From the NCBI GenBank assembly GCA_963702095.1, contig OY969706.1, positions 1,312,001 to 1,376,000 of the forward strand: a stretch of 64,000 nt of DNA. Direction: 5' to 3'. Shown here one piece after another: positions 9,897-20,440 of this stretch. The first letter of the stretch is position 1. Every line of letters begins with the position of its first letter. Below the pieces are notes generated by a model, which worked only from the letters and a program-made list of their open reading frames with translations, ran no database searches and was not told where the DNA came from. Both the position numbers and the translations under genes were made by a program. The DNA is from Candidatus Bathyarchaeota archaeon. GTDB lineage: Archaea; Thermoproteota; Bathyarchaeia; Bathyarchaeales; Bathycorpusculaceae.

Positions 9897-10906
9897 GTCA
9901 ACCCCAAGACGACGATGTCATAACAGTCAAAGGCTTAACCAAAGTTTTCAACAAAACCCTCACTGCAGTCGACCACATCGATTTCAGCGTTAAAAGAGGA
10001 GAAATCTTCGGTTTTCTCGGCCCCAACGGCGCAGGCAAAACCACAACCATCAAAATGCTCATCACCGTGCTGCGGCCTACAATGGGCACAGCCGAAATTT
10101 TGGGCGGTGACATCGCAAAACAAAGCATGGATGTTCGCGGAGCCATCGGTGTCGTCCCCCAAGAATACACTGCAGACGAAGACTTAACCGGCATGGAAAA
10201 CATACTTTTGTGCGCAGACCTCTACGGCATCCCAAGGCAGGTTTCCAAGAAACGTGCCATGGAACTGCTTAACCTCGTTGAATTAGCCGCTTTTAAGGAC
10301 AAGCGGGTGCAAACCTTCTCGGGCGGTATGCGGCGTAGGCTGGAGTTGGCTTGTGGGTTGATTAACCGTCCTAAAGTGCTTTTCCTCGACGAACCCACCT
10401 TGGGCTTGGATGTGCAGACGCGCGCGGCAACCTGGAACTACGTCAAAATGCTAAAGAAAGAATTCGGCATGACCCTTTTCTTAACCACTCACTACCTTGA
10501 AGAAGCCGATGCACTCTGCGACCGCATAGCCATCATTGACCACGGCAAAATCGTGGTTGTGGGTACTCCGGCGGAACTCAAAGACAACTTAGGCGGCGAC
10601 ATAATCACAATGTCTATTCAGAAAAACGATGACATCACCGACTTAATCCGACGAGTTGAACACGTTAAAGAAGTCAAAAAAGAAAACGGCGACTACATCA
10701 TAAAATCATCCAACGGCGAATTAACCGCCCCACTAATCATTGAAGCCATACGCAAAAGCGGCAACGTCGTAACCAAACTCTCCCTAACCAAACCCACCCT
10801 AAACGAAGTCTACATGCAATACACTGGCAAATCCATGCGCGACGCCGAAGAATCCCGTGAGGGAGTTATGTCGCAGCGGATGACAATGAGGAGGGCACAT
10901 GCATGA
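9893..10906 (+). CDS. DrrA-like ABC exporter ATPase
   Basis: GPNGAGKTT, FSGGMRRR, FLDEPTLGLD. Confidence 0.9.
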   Translation: MSQPQDDDVITVKGLTKVFNKTLTAVDHIDFSVKRGEIFGFLGPNGAGKTTTIKMLITVLRPTMGTAEILGGDIAKQSMDVRGAIGVVPQEYTADEDLTGMENILLCADLYGIPRQVSKKRAMELLNLVELAAFKDKRVQTFSGGMRRRLELACGLINRPKVLFLDEPTLGLDVQTRAATWNYVKMLKKEFGMTLFLTTHYLEEADALCDRIAIIDHGKIVVVGTPAELKDNLGGDIITMSIQKNDDITDLIRRVEHVKEVKKENGDYIIKSSNGELTAPLIIEAIRKSGNVVTKLSLTKPTLNEVYMQYTGKSMRDAEESREGVMSQRMTMRRAHA

Positions 10907-11814
10907 GCCAAGAAACAGAAACTCTGTCCAAGAGCAGATTCCACGGCTTGTGGGCTCTTACCAACAGAGAACTCAAGAAGTGGTATCAACAGCCGTTCGT
11001 CTTTATCATGGGCATAATTCAGCCGATTCTCTGGTTGACTCTCCTCGGTAAAGCTATGAACATTGGCAATCTCTTCTCCGCCAGTTCACTGCCGTCTCTG
11101 CCAGCACTCAACCCGCCGCTTACAGGACCTCAGCTTCAAGCCTTAGGCAGTTACTTCTCAAGTTTCCAGGGCACAGTCATGCAGAACACGTTTGGAACCG
11201 CCGATTACTTTTCATTTATGGCGATGAGTATGGTGGCGTTTACTGTTGTATTCACCACTGCATTCGTGGGCATGTCGGTAGTTTGGGATAAACGGTTGGG
11301 CTTCATGAACAAAGTGCTAAGTACACCTGTGTCGCGATCCTCAATTATACTCTCAAAAGTATTTGCAGCAAGCATACGTGCAATCTTCCAATCTGCCATT
11401 GTCACAGTCGTCGCATTCGCCTTAGGACTTAGCTTAGGAGCAAACTTCGGATGGTACAGCGTCTTTGGAGTCTTCGCCATAGTGTTCCTCATTAGCGTCG
11501 GCCTATCATCGCTATTCACTGCCCTCACACTTCGCGCCACAAGAATGGAGATGCCTCAAGCAATCTTTCAGCTAATCACATTGCCACTGATGTTTGCAAG
11601 CAGCGCCTACTTCCCCATCGCGCAAATGCCATCTTGGCTACAAGCCGTAGCCAGCATAAACCCAATCAGCTACACCATTGACGCAGTTAGACGGCTCATG
11701 GTCTTCAGTGATGGCTTTGGACCGCTAGCACTGGACTTAGCCTTCGTCGGCATCTTCGCAGCCGTTGTCACAGCAATCTGCATTGTGCTTTCATGGAAGT
11801 ACCTAAACAAGTAG
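10903..11814 (+). CDS. ABC-2 permease (DrrB-like)
   Basis: TM helices, NPISY motif, in operon with the ATPase. Confidence 0.9.
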   Translation: MSQETETLSKSRFHGLWALTNRELKKWYQQPFVFIMGIIQPILWLTLLGKAMNIGNLFSASSLPSLPALNPPLTGPQLQALGSYFSSFQGTVMQNTFGTADYFSFMAMSMVAFTVVFTTAFVGMSVVWDKRLGFMNKVLSTPVSRSSIILSKVFAASIRAIFQSAIVTVVAFALGLSLGANFGWYSVFGVFAIVFLISVGLSSLFTALTLRATRMEMPQAIFQLITLPLMFASSAYFPIAQMPSWLQAVASINPISYTIDAVRRLMVFSDGFGPLALDLAFVGIFAAVVTAICIVLSWKYLNK

Positions 11815-11906
11815 CGAAAACGGGCTTACTTGCCCTTTTCCTTTTTTAATTTAACTAGTCCTTATATCTAACCTGTTAACCCACTGAAAGGTAGAAGGTA
11901 AAAAAA

Positions 11907-12602
11907 ATGTCAGTAGCACCCATGCCAGTCGTCGAAGCGATAGGCGTAAAAAAAACTTACATGCTGGGCAAAGTTCCAGTTGAAGCGCTTCGCGGAGTCA
12001 GCCTAAGGGTTGAAGTGGGAGATTTCGTCTCCATCCTTGGGCCTTCTGGAAGCGGCAAATCAACTATGCTCAACCTCATCGGTGCATTGGATAAACCCAC
12101 AGGGGGAACCCTGCGCATCGACGGAGTTGACATCAGTAAACTCAACGATAACCAACTTGCGGATTTACGGTTAAAAATCGGGTTTGTTTTCCAATTTTTC
12201 AACCTGATCCCCCGTTTGACTGCACGTGACAACGTGGAATTGTCTATGTCTATAGCGAATATGGGTAAAAGCCAGCGTCGCCAACGTGCCATAGAACTGC
12301 TGGAAACTGTTGGGTTGAAGGATAGAATCAACCATAAACCCGCTGAACTTAGCGGTGGACAACAGCAACGTGTCGCCATTGCACGGGCATTGGCAAACAA
12401 CCCCAAGTTTCTGCTTCTTGACGAACCCACGGGGAACGTGGATTCTAAAACTGCCGCGGAAGTTTTAGCCTTAATCAATAAACTCAACACAGAAGACAAC
12501 GTCAGCATTATCATGGTAACTCATGATGAAAAACTGGCGCATATGGCTAAGAGAACTGTGCAAATGTTTGATGGAGAAATCAAAGAGGAAGTGGTGAACT
12601 AA
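11907..12602 (+). CDS. MacB/LolD-type ABC ATPase
   Basis: [29 protein letters not shown]. Confidence 0.9.
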   Translation: MSVAPMPVVEAIGVKKTYMLGKVPVEALRGVSLRVEVGDFVSILGPSGSGKSTMLNLIGALDKPTGGTLRIDGVDISKLNDNQLADLRLKIGFVFQFFNLIPRLTARDNVELSMSIANMGKSQRRQRAIELLETVGLKDRINHKPAELSGGQQQRVAIARALANNPKFLLLDEPTGNVDSKTAAEVLALINKLNTEDNVSIIMVTHDEKLAHMAKRTVQMFDGEIKEEVVN

Positions 12603-12603
12603 A

Positions 12604-13920
12604 ATGCGGACTACTGATGTTTTCGGTTATTCTTTTAGCGCCATTAAACTCCGCAAACTCCGAGCAGCCCTCACAACTTTGGGCATCATCATCGGCATAG
12701 CCGCCATCGTTGCGTTGCTCTCGATTACTCAGGGCTTGCAGGAGACTATAACCACACAGCTAAACCAGGGATTATCCGCAGACACCTTAATCGTGACGTC
12801 CGGCAGCAGCGCAGGCGGTTTAGGTGCCGGAGCAGGTGACCAAGGAGGCTTCGGTGGTGGAACAGGAATAGGCGGCGGAGGAGGCAGCGCCAACTCTGGG
12901 TTTACCCTATATGCCAATTACACCGACGAAATCAACGCTCTGTCGCCGGACATAGAAACGTCTGTTGCCATAATTAGCCGCGGCGGATACGTTCAAACTG
13001 ATAGTCTCAACCGATCCGCAACCATCTACGGCATAGACTTCGACGCTTACCAAAAGATTTACGGCACAACCTTTGCCGTGCAAACTGGAACCATACCGAC
13101 CAGCCCAGCTGAAAACGACACAATCGTAGGCACACGAATAAACCAGCCGGGACAGAACGGCACATTATACTTCGATTCAGGCGACCACATAAACGTGACG
13201 TGGACAAACGCAACTGTGCTTCCACCAGTGAACGAATCCTACACTGCCAACGTTGTGGGTGTGTTGCAGAAAATCGGCGGTTTCGGATTGGGCGGACCCT
13301 CAGACACAGGTGTCTACATCCCAATCTCCAAAGCCGAGAGCTTCTTTAACACCACACAGTGCGACATGATAGTTGTCAAACTCGCCAACAGTGACAACGC
13401 AACCATAACCAACGTTACAAAACTCATAACTGACCACTTCAGCAACCAAGTTTCAGTCATATCCGCAACCGCAGTCCTAAGCTTACTCACCACAGTGTTC
13501 GGCACCATCCAGTTGTTCCTCGGCGGCATCGCAGCCATTTCACTGCTCGTCGCAGGCATAGGCATCATGAACATCATGATTGTTTCCCTCATCGAGCGCA
13601 CGCGTGAAATCGGCATTCTAAAAGCTCTAGGCATGAAAAGCCGCGCGGTATTAGCCATATTCCTAGGTGAGTCGGTGATCATCGGCGTAATCGGCGCCGT
13701 CATCGGTATCGTGTTAGGCTGGAGCTTAGCCGTCGTTGTCGCCAGAGTTTTGGGCTCAGGCGTTTTCGGCGCAGGCGCATTCCAGATTGTGCCGCTGTTA
13801 ACTCCTGAAGTGCTTGCTGGAGCGTTCGGATTCGGTGTTGGGGTCAGCGTGATCTTTGCGCTTTACCCTGCGTGGCGTGCCTCAAAACTTAAACCTGTAG
13901 ACGCCCTGCGTTATGAGTAA
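12604..13920 (+). CDS. MacB/FtsX-type ABC permease
   Basis: LTTLGIIIGI, ERTREIGILKALG, YPAWRASKLKPVDALRYE. Confidence 0.9.
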   Translation: MRTTDVFGYSFSAIKLRKLRAALTTLGIIIGIAAIVALLSITQGLQETITTQLNQGLSADTLIVTSGSSAGGLGAGAGDQGGFGGGTGIGGGGGSANSGFTLYANYTDEINALSPDIETSVAIISRGGYVQTDSLNRSATIYGIDFDAYQKIYGTTFAVQTGTIPTSPAENDTIVGTRINQPGQNGTLYFDSGDHINVTWTNATVLPPVNESYTANVVGVLQKIGGFGLGGPSDTGVYIPISKAESFFNTTQCDMIVVKLANSDNATITNVTKLITDHFSNQVSVISATAVLSLLTTVFGTIQLFLGGIAAISLLVAGIGIMNIMIVSLIERTREIGILKALGMKSRAVLAIFLGESVIIGVIGAVIGIVLGWSLAVVVARVLGSGVFGAGAFQIVPLLTPEVLAGAFGFGVGVSVIFALYPAWRASKLKPVDALRYE

Positions 13921-14019
13921 GGCGTTTAGCCCTTTTTTCTTTCTTTTTTCATCTATTTTTTGGTCTCCTACCCGCAGAGGCTTTAAGAGTGAAACAACAT
14001 TAAACCCGCAGGTCTAAAT

Positions 14020-14463
14020 TTGCGGCGTCTCTACCCTGACCAACCCATCGTAGGAATCGGCGTAGTCATCGTAGAGAAACAAAGAATCGTCCTCATCAAA
14101 CGGGGCAACGAACCAGCAAAAGGCAAATGGAGTATCCCCGGCGGCTTAATTGAACTCGGAGAATCACCGGAAACAGCCGTCATCCGAGAAGCCAGAGAAG
14201 AAACACTGCTACAAGTAGATAATCCCCGACTCATAGACGTCGTAAATCAAACAGAGTGGGATACGGATGGCAAATTAAGGTACCACTATGTTATAGTCGA
14301 CTATCTCGTCCACGTAGTCAGCGGAGACATTGCGGCGGCAAGCGACGCCGTTGAACTGCACTGGGTGCCCTTCGACGAGGTGGAAAACTACGATTTGACG
14401 GCGTCTTTTCGCCGCTTCTTTAGAAACAATCGGGAAAGGCTGGAAAAGTTAAGCTCATACTGA
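14020..14463 (+). CDS. Nudix hydrolase
   Basis: Nudix box GGLIELGESPETAVIREAREET. Confidence 0.9.
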   Translation: MRRLYPDQPIVGIGVVIVEKQRIVLIKRGNEPAKGKWSIPGGLIELGESPETAVIREAREETLLQVDNPRLIDVVNQTEWDTDGKLRYHYVIVDYLVHVVSGDIAAASDAVELHWVPFDEVENYDLTASFRRFFRNNRERLEKLSSY

Positions 14464-14524
14464 CTCCAACGGTCATCTGATAGCACCAATATGCACAAAA
14501 ACGACCGCTTGCTTACTGTTGGGC

Positions 14525-15598
14525 ATGAGCCGCTTTACCATTAAGTCACCGGGTGTTTATGTTCAGAACCTACGAATTGGACCTCAACCCATCGAAGGCG
14601 TTCCGACAGCGACCGCCGCTTTTTTGGGGGAAACCCAGACGGGACCCACGTCGCCCACGCTGGTCACCAGTTGGCAGCAATACCAAGACGTATTCGGCGG
14701 TTTCTTCGGCATAGACAAGTACCTGCCTTATGCTGTTGAGGGCTTTTTTGGTAACGGCGGCAAACGCTGCTACATCTGCAAAGTAACTTGTGGTGATTTC
14801 GCTGGGGCTTTAGCCAAATTGGAGCCAATCGAAGAAGTATCCCTTCTGTACGCGCCAAACGCACAAGCCACCCCAAACCTCTGCAACATGCTCATTTCTC
14901 ATTGCGAGCGGCTCAAGCGGTTTTGCATCGTCGATTCACTAAAGGGCGAGGCACCATCAGAAGTTACAAAGCCACAGGCATCCGCCCATGCAGCCCTGTA
15001 TTATCCATGGATTTACGTTTTTCATGATGGCCAGAAGTGTTTGGTTCCGCCCGGCGGATACGTTGCAGGTGTTTACGCTCGCACGGATATTGGGCGTGGA
15101 GTCCATAAGGCGCCAGCTAACGAAGTTGTCAACGGCGCGGTAGACGTAGAGTTTGCCATAAGCAAAAGTCAGGGGGACAGTCTAAACCCACTTGGAGTTA
15201 ACTGCATACGCAATCTGGAGGGCAGGGGCATCCTTGTTTGGGGTGACAGAACCCTCTCAAGCGACCCCGAATACAAGTACATTAACGTTGAGCGACTGCT
15301 GATTTACGTTGAGCAATCTATTAAGCGTGGCACCGAATGGGTGGTATTTGAGCCAGATGCAGAGTCAACATGGGCTAAGGTGAAGATGCAAGTGCAGAAT
15401 TTTCTAAATCAGACATGGCAAAGCGGCATGTTGATGGGCACTAAACCGCAGGAAGCCTATTTTGTGAAGTGTGACCGAACCACCATGACCCAAAACGACA
15501 TCGATAACGGACGCCTAAACATACTAGTCGGCGTAGCACCGGTTAAACCCGCAGAGTTCCTCATCGTAAGAGTAAATCAAAAGGCTATGTACCAATAG
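14525..15598 (+). CDS. Contractile phage-tail/eCIS sheath protein (orphan)
   Basis: PGVYV, FFGNGG, AALYYPW, RGVHKAPAN, LNPLGVNCIR, VVFEP, FVKCDRTT, APVKPAEF. Confidence 0.93.
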   Translation: MSRFTIKSPGVYVQNLRIGPQPIEGVPTATAAFLGETQTGPTSPTLVTSWQQYQDVFGGFFGIDKYLPYAVEGFFGNGGKRCYICKVTCGDFAGALAKLEPIEEVSLLYAPNAQATPNLCNMLISHCERLKRFCIVDSLKGEAPSEVTKPQASAHAALYYPWIYVFHDGQKCLVPPGGYVAGVYARTDIGRGVHKAPANEVVNGAVDVEFAISKSQGDSLNPLGVNCIRNLEGRGILVWGDRTLSSDPEYKYINVERLLIYVEQSIKRGTEWVVFEPDAESTWAKVKMQVQNFLNQTWQSGMLMGTKPQEAYFVKCDRTTMTQNDIDNGRLNILVGVAPVKPAEFLIVRVNQKAMYQ

Positions 15599-15619
15599 TT
15601 CTCTCCTTTATCGGTAAGA

Positions 15620-15808
15620 AGAAGCAATCGATACATAGTTTCACATCCACACCGCGTCCGCTTCTGCGTGGAGGCATGTACGGCGTGTGGAGAAAAATGG
15701 ATATCCCACACCGAAACAGAGGCTGAAAACCGTTGCAAACCCAAAAAGCAGTTGCATTCAGTTGCCGTCTTGTGGTGCCCTGTAAACCGCCACACCCACA
15801 TAAAGAGA
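15620..15808 (-). repeat. Dispersed repeat family A, copy 2
   Basis: Gap-free colinear with 30800-30988 (offset 15180). Confidence 0.95.
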
Positions 15809-15866
15809 CAAAGGAACAACTACTTAAACGGGCCAAGGGTAAAAATAAGAAAGTGTCGGCTTGTTC

Positions 15867-16292
15867 TCACGTTTGGGTTTTGATGGTTCGGTAGGCAAAG
15901 TAAATTATCATTATACTCCAAATTGTCGTAATTCCGATTGCAGTGCTGGGGAAGAACACGTAAGTTGCAAACACCCGTTGTGTTACGGTGAGTGCGATGG
16001 CGAGGTATGGTGCCCATTTTAGATTTCTTCGCAGTCCGAAGTATATTATTGCAAATACTGCTGCAGCCACGAGTGCTTCAGAGACGACGATTGTGAATCC
16101 CAACCGGTAAATGCTCCACTGCGTAGCTGGAATCAACCAGATGCCAACAGCTATTAGGTCCAAGATTATGTTTGCCAGAACAAGACGGCTCAGTGCCTTA
16201 TGCGGTTTGGCACCATACTTACGCGCCGCAATTACTACAAGTACAATAGCTAAAACCGTGAAGAAAATAAGCAAGATTTCGTCTAAACGCAC
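15867..16292 (-). CDS. Hypothetical membrane protein
   Basis: 4-5 hydrophobic helices. Confidence 0.7.
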   Translation of the reverse strand: MRLDEILLIFFTVLAIVLVVIAARKYGAKPHKALSRLVLANIILDLIAVGIWLIPATQWSIYRLGFTIVVSEALVAAAVFAIIYFGLRRNLKWAPYLAIALTVTQRVFATYVFFPSTAIGITTIWSIMIIYFAYRTIKTQT

Positions 16293-16414
16293 ATTATACC
16301 CTCTCCCCCTCTAACATCAGCATAGGCTTCTTAAGGTTTTCTGGTTTTTGCTGTCTTTTGATGTTTAAAGGTTTAAAGGCAGTTCTGTTTTATGGTTCAT
16401 TGGCGGTTGTTGCT

Positions 16415-18784
16415 TTGAAACTTGTCTTTTGGCTCCTCGACATTAACCCCAAAGTTGGAGAGGGCACGGTGGATTTGTGGCTCTGGGGCATCGACGAATC
16501 GGGCAACCGAGTGCTCCTAGTAGACCGTAACTTCACCGCTTACTTCTATGTGGTGCTGCGTGGAGGCGCAGACCCCGCCACAGTAACAGCGGCAATTAAG
16601 CAAGCCGTCGGCGACCAAATCGTGGGAACCGAAGCCGTAAGCCGCCGTTTCTTCGGCAAACCCACCGCCGCCATAAAAGTCAGCGTCAAAGACGCAACCC
16701 AAACAGGAAAAATCGCCAAGCAACTCCGAAAACTCGACGGCGTCTCCGACTGCCTCGAAGACGACATCCGAGCCGCCATGCGCTACATGATTGACAACGG
16801 TGTTTTGCCCTGCAGTTGGCATGAAGCAGATGTTGTGGAGGAAGAGAACTCGTTGGGTGTCAGGGCATTCAAGGTTTACTCTTTGCAGTCTACGCCAAAG
16901 GCGCTCGACAAAACCTTGGTGCCGCCGCTTCGGTCCTTAGCGTTCTCAACCATCTGTTATAGCCGTGAAGGCACCCCGAAACCTGACCGCAACCCAATAA
17001 TTTTGATTTCTATGGTGGCAAGCAACGGCGAAGAAAAACAGTTTAGGGTAGGCCAAGACAAGAAAGACAAAGAACCCATCAAAAACTTCTTCCAGTACAT
17101 CAAAGATTTCGACCCCGACGTCATCGCCAGCTACGGCGCAAACACCACCGATTGGAACTACCTCAAAGTCAGAGCACGCAAATACCGACTGAAACTGGAT
17201 TTTGACCGAGCAGCCTTTGAACCACACACCAGCGTCTATGGCCACGTCTCCACCACAGGCATTGTCAACGTTGACTTAGCAGATTTCACCAGCATGTTCC
17301 CTGAAGTCAAGGTTAAGACGTTGGCTAATTTCGCTGATTACCTCGGTGTCGCTGGTGACGGCGGAGTTGTGGAAGAGGTTTTGTTTGCCGATTACTGGGA
17401 TGACCCCCAAAAGCGCCCTGAGTTGGAACGGTTTGCCCAAGACAGCGCCCGCCGAGTCCATGTCATGCTGGATTTGCTGATTGATTTTGCCATGCAACTC
17501 TCAGCTTTGACGAGCCTGCCTCTGGATCATGTAATGACGGCGGCAACGGGTTTTCGGGTAGAGTGGTACTTGATTAAGAGGGCGCAGAAAATCGGTGAAC
17601 TCGTCCCCAGACGCCTTGAGCAACCCTACATTTCCTACACGGGCGGATTGGTGCTTTCCCCTAAGCCAGGCTTGCATGACAACATCGCCGTTTTAGATTT
17701 CAAATCGATGTACCCCAACATCATGATAACTTACAACCTCTCCCCCGACACCTACATCGAACCCGAGCAGCCTGAACCCGAAGGCGGTGTCTACGTCGCA
17801 CCTGAAGTGGGCTACCGCTTCCGCAAGTCCCCGCCTGGATTCTACAAAGATGCCCTAACCAACCTCATCACCATAAGGGGCGTCATACGCCAAAAAATGA
17901 AGACACTTAGCCCCAAAACTGTTGAGTACCAGATTTTGGATGCCCGCCAAAAAGCCGTTAAAATCCTCACCAACGCCGCCTACGGCTACGCTGGCTGGGT
18001 TGGGGCAAGATGGTACATTAAACCCGTCGCTGAAGCCGCTTCCGCATGGGGCAGACACATCATCTCGGCAGCATCGCAGATGGCGCAGAAAGCCGGGGTA
18101 GAAGTGGTTTACGGCGACACAGACAGCTTATTCCTCAACTACGACAAAACCAAAGCCGTGCAACTCCAAGAGGACATTAGGCGAGAGCTCAAGTTGGATG
18201 TAGAAATCGGAGAAGTTTACAGGCGTATTTTCTTCACAGAAGCAAAAAAACGCTATGCGGGTTTACGGCAAGACGGCAGCCTCGACATCGTCGGATTGGA
18301 AGTTATACGGGGCGACTGGGCAGAGGTTGCTAAGCAAGTGCAGCAGCATGTGCTCGAAATCATCCTAAAAGAGCAGTCACCCAAAAACGCCATCAACTAT
18401 GTGCAGTCAGTGGTTACTGGTTTGCACCACAAAAAAGTGCCGCTGCAAGAACTCGTCATCTGGAAAACACTGACTAAACCGCCTGAGCAGTACGCGGTTA
18501 GGGCTCCGCATGTGGAAGCCGCAAAAATGTTGCTCGAGAAGGGCTGGCAACTATCTGCCGGGGACAAAGTCGGCTACATCGTCACCGCCGGGGCGGGGCC
18601 GCTCTACAGCCGCGTGAAGCCCTACGTGTTTGCCAAACAAGAGGACGCCGACATCGACTACTATGTTACAAATCAGGTGTTGCCTGCGGCAGCGCGTATA
18701 CTGGGGTACTTTAACGTCACAGAAAAAATGCTTGAGAAAACAACAAAAGAAGAAAAGACAAAGAGCCTAACAGACTATTTTTAG
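16415..18784 (+). CDS. polB: Family B DNA polymerase (PolB3-like)
   Basis: DFKSMYP, KILTNAAYGY, YGDTDS, KKRY; likely TTG start at 16415 (MKLVFWLLD). Confidence 0.95.
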   Translation: MKLVFWLLDINPKVGEGTVDLWLWGIDESGNRVLLVDRNFTAYFYVVLRGGADPATVTAAIKQAVGDQIVGTEAVSRRFFGKPTAAIKVSVKDATQTGKIAKQLRKLDGVSDCLEDDIRAAMRYMIDNGVLPCSWHEADVVEEENSLGVRAFKVYSLQSTPKALDKTLVPPLRSLAFSTICYSREGTPKPDRNPIILISMVASNGEEKQFRVGQDKKDKEPIKNFFQYIKDFDPDVIASYGANTTDWNYLKVRARKYRLKLDFDRAAFEPHTSVYGHVSTTGIVNVDLADFTSMFPEVKVKTLANFADYLGVAGDGGVVEEVLFADYWDDPQKRPELERFAQDSARRVHVMLDLLIDFAMQLSALTSLPLDHVMTAATGFRVEWYLIKRAQKIGELVPRRLEQPYISYTGGLVLSPKPGLHDNIAVLDFKSMYPNIMITYNLSPDTYIEPEQPEPEGGVYVAPEVGYRFRKSPPGFYKDALTNLITIRGVIRQKMKTLSPKTVEYQILDARQKAVKILTNAAYGYAGWVGARWYIKPVAEAASAWGRHIISAASQMAQKAGVEVVYGDTDSLFLNYDKTKAVQLQEDIRRELKLDVEIGEVYRRIFFTEAKKRYAGLRQDGSLDIVGLEVIRGDWAEVAKQVQQHVLEIILKEQSPKNAINYVQSVVTGLHHKKVPLQELVIWKTLTKPPEQYAVRAPHVEAAKMLLEKGWQLSAGDKVGYIVTAGAGPLYSRVKPYVFAKQEDADIDYYVTNQVLPAAARILGYFNVTEKMLEKTTKEEKTKSLTDYF

Positions 18785-19977
18785 GCTGGGGGAATAGCGT
18801 TTTGGAACGTGATGAGTTCCACGTTCAGTGCTGGTTTGACGGCTTCGGATATGCGTGAAGCTACGATGCGTTTGATGTTTTTGTCGCCTGCAATGTCAAC
18901 GATGCGCTGTGTAATGATTCCGTCGAAGACAACGGTGTCGACGCCTGTGATCTGCTGCAATTTCTCGGCAAGTTGGCTGACTGGGAGACGCTCGATTAAT
19001 TCAAGTTTGTCGTTTAAGAGGACTGCTTCTAATGTGCCGACTAGTGCTTTGGCTGCTTGGGCAACGGTGTCTGGGACTTCGACTTTGGCTCGTTCGGGAA
19101 CCTGAACCTTCTTGGGTGCTGGTGGAGGCGCATGCTGCGGTGGCTGCTGTTTGCCCTCTTTGAGTTCGACAACTGACACTTTGCCTTCGATGGCTTCGTT
19201 GATTTCTTTGCAGTTGCATTCCTCGATTTCTTTGCCCCGTGGAGCGCGACCGATGTATTTGACGTTGGTTACTTGCAAAAGTTCTTTTTGGATTAAGTCG
19301 CCGCCTCGGTCGCCGTCAAGCAGAGCAGTAGCGTTGCGTTCTTTGCTGATTTTCTTTATTGAATCGGGTACTTTGGCACCTTCTAACGCGACGGTGTTGA
19401 AGATGCCGCAGCGCATAAGGTTGATGACATCTGCACGTCCCTCGACGACATAAATGTCTTTGGCGCCTTCCAGTCCTGGGCCTGCTGGGAGGTCTTCGGG
19501 TCCGTATTTTTCTACTTTGCCCATTTTCATGGTGTCGGTGATTTCTTTGTAGACTTCGTCGACGCTGGGCATGGATTCGATGTTCCATCGGTGGAGAATT
19601 TCTTTGGCGCGGTCGATGATGATTTTTCGTCGTGCTTCCCGGATATCTTCGATACGTTCAAGGCTGACTTTGGCGCCGCATGGTCCAACCCGGTTTATGC
19701 TCTCGACGCTGGCTGCGATGAGCGCCGTGGATACGCGGTCGAGGCTGGTGGGTATTGTGATTGAACCGTTTGTTCGGTCGTTTTTAGAGTGGAGGTCGAT
19801 TTCGATTCTGCCGATGCGGCCGGTTTTCTGCAGTTCTCTTAGGTCTAGTTCTGGACCAAAAAGCCCTTCGGTTTGCCCGAAAACTGCGCCGATAACATCC
19901 GGCTTTTCAACTACTCCTTCAATTTCGAATCTAGCGTGTACAACGTACTTTATAGTAAAGGTTTGGGATTGTCCCGT
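18781..19977 (-). CDS. dnaG: Archaeal DnaG-like primase/exosome subunit
   Basis: TOPRIM motifs VVEGRADV and LLDGDRGG; frame stays open 135 codons upstream of the tracked ATG and encodes GVVEKPDVIGAVFGQTEGL...LQKTGRIGRI; apparent start is ACG at 19977. Confidence 0.92.
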   Translation of the reverse strand, partial: TGQSQTFTIKYVVHARFEIEGVVEKPDVIGAVFGQTEGLFGPELDLRELQKTGRIGRIEIDLHSKNDRTNGSITIPTSLDRVSTALIAASVESINRVGPCGAKVSLERIEDIREARRKIIIDRAKEILHRWNIESMPSVDEVYKEITDTMKMGKVEKYGPEDLPAGPGLEGAKDIYVVEGRADVINLMRCGIFNTVALEGAKVPDSIKKISKERNATALLDGDRGGDLIQKELLQVTNVKYIGRAPRGKEIEECNCKEINEAIEGKVSVVELKEGKQQPPQHAPPPAPKKVQVPERAKVEVPDTVAQAAKALVGTLEAVLLNDKLELIERLPVSQLAEKLQQITGVDTVVFDGIITQRIVDIAGDKNIKRIVASRISEAVKPALNVELITFQNAIPPA

Positions 19978-20440
19978 AAGTGTGCAACTCCTGTAAGATA
20001 TTATTTATTTTGATTATGTAAATCGCATTATGCGAGCTATTCTCGCACGGATGAGATTCTAATACTTTATACTGTTTAGAAAATTAGTTGCATGCCCTTT
20101 AATAATACTTGTGGTTTACCCGTCAGGCTTCACAGCAAAAACGCTGCCCCCTAAAAGAGCCTTCCATGAAAATGTAGTCAGCGAGGATATTTTAAAAAGT
20201 AGAGTTTGACAAAGCAGAACCTTAAACTCCATGCGGAAAAATGCACAACAAAATTGGAAGAGAGAGGAGAGACCAAAACCGCATGAAATTTAACACTGCT
20301 TTGCCAAACATTCCGCGAAAAGAAACTTACTCAGAAAAACATAAAAGAATATGTGACTGCACAAAGAAGCCACATTTATAACCTAACGGTTTAACCCTTC
20401 ACCTTAAATAAGAAAACAACTAAAGAAAAGAGCGATATCC

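Noticed and set aside
14020-16292. Prophage or complete eCIS locus around the sheath gene
   Set aside because: No other structural, packaging or integrase genes; the flanks are ordinary cellular genes.
19571-19996. 141-aa + strand ORF and similar long antisense ORFs over ABC, MFS and LysE genes
   Set aside because: Shadow frames of well-supported genes on the opposite strand.
19993-20440. Replication origin between dnaG and the ParB-like gene
   Set aside because: AT-rich, but no convincing repeated ORB motifs and no cdc6/orc1 gene nearby.
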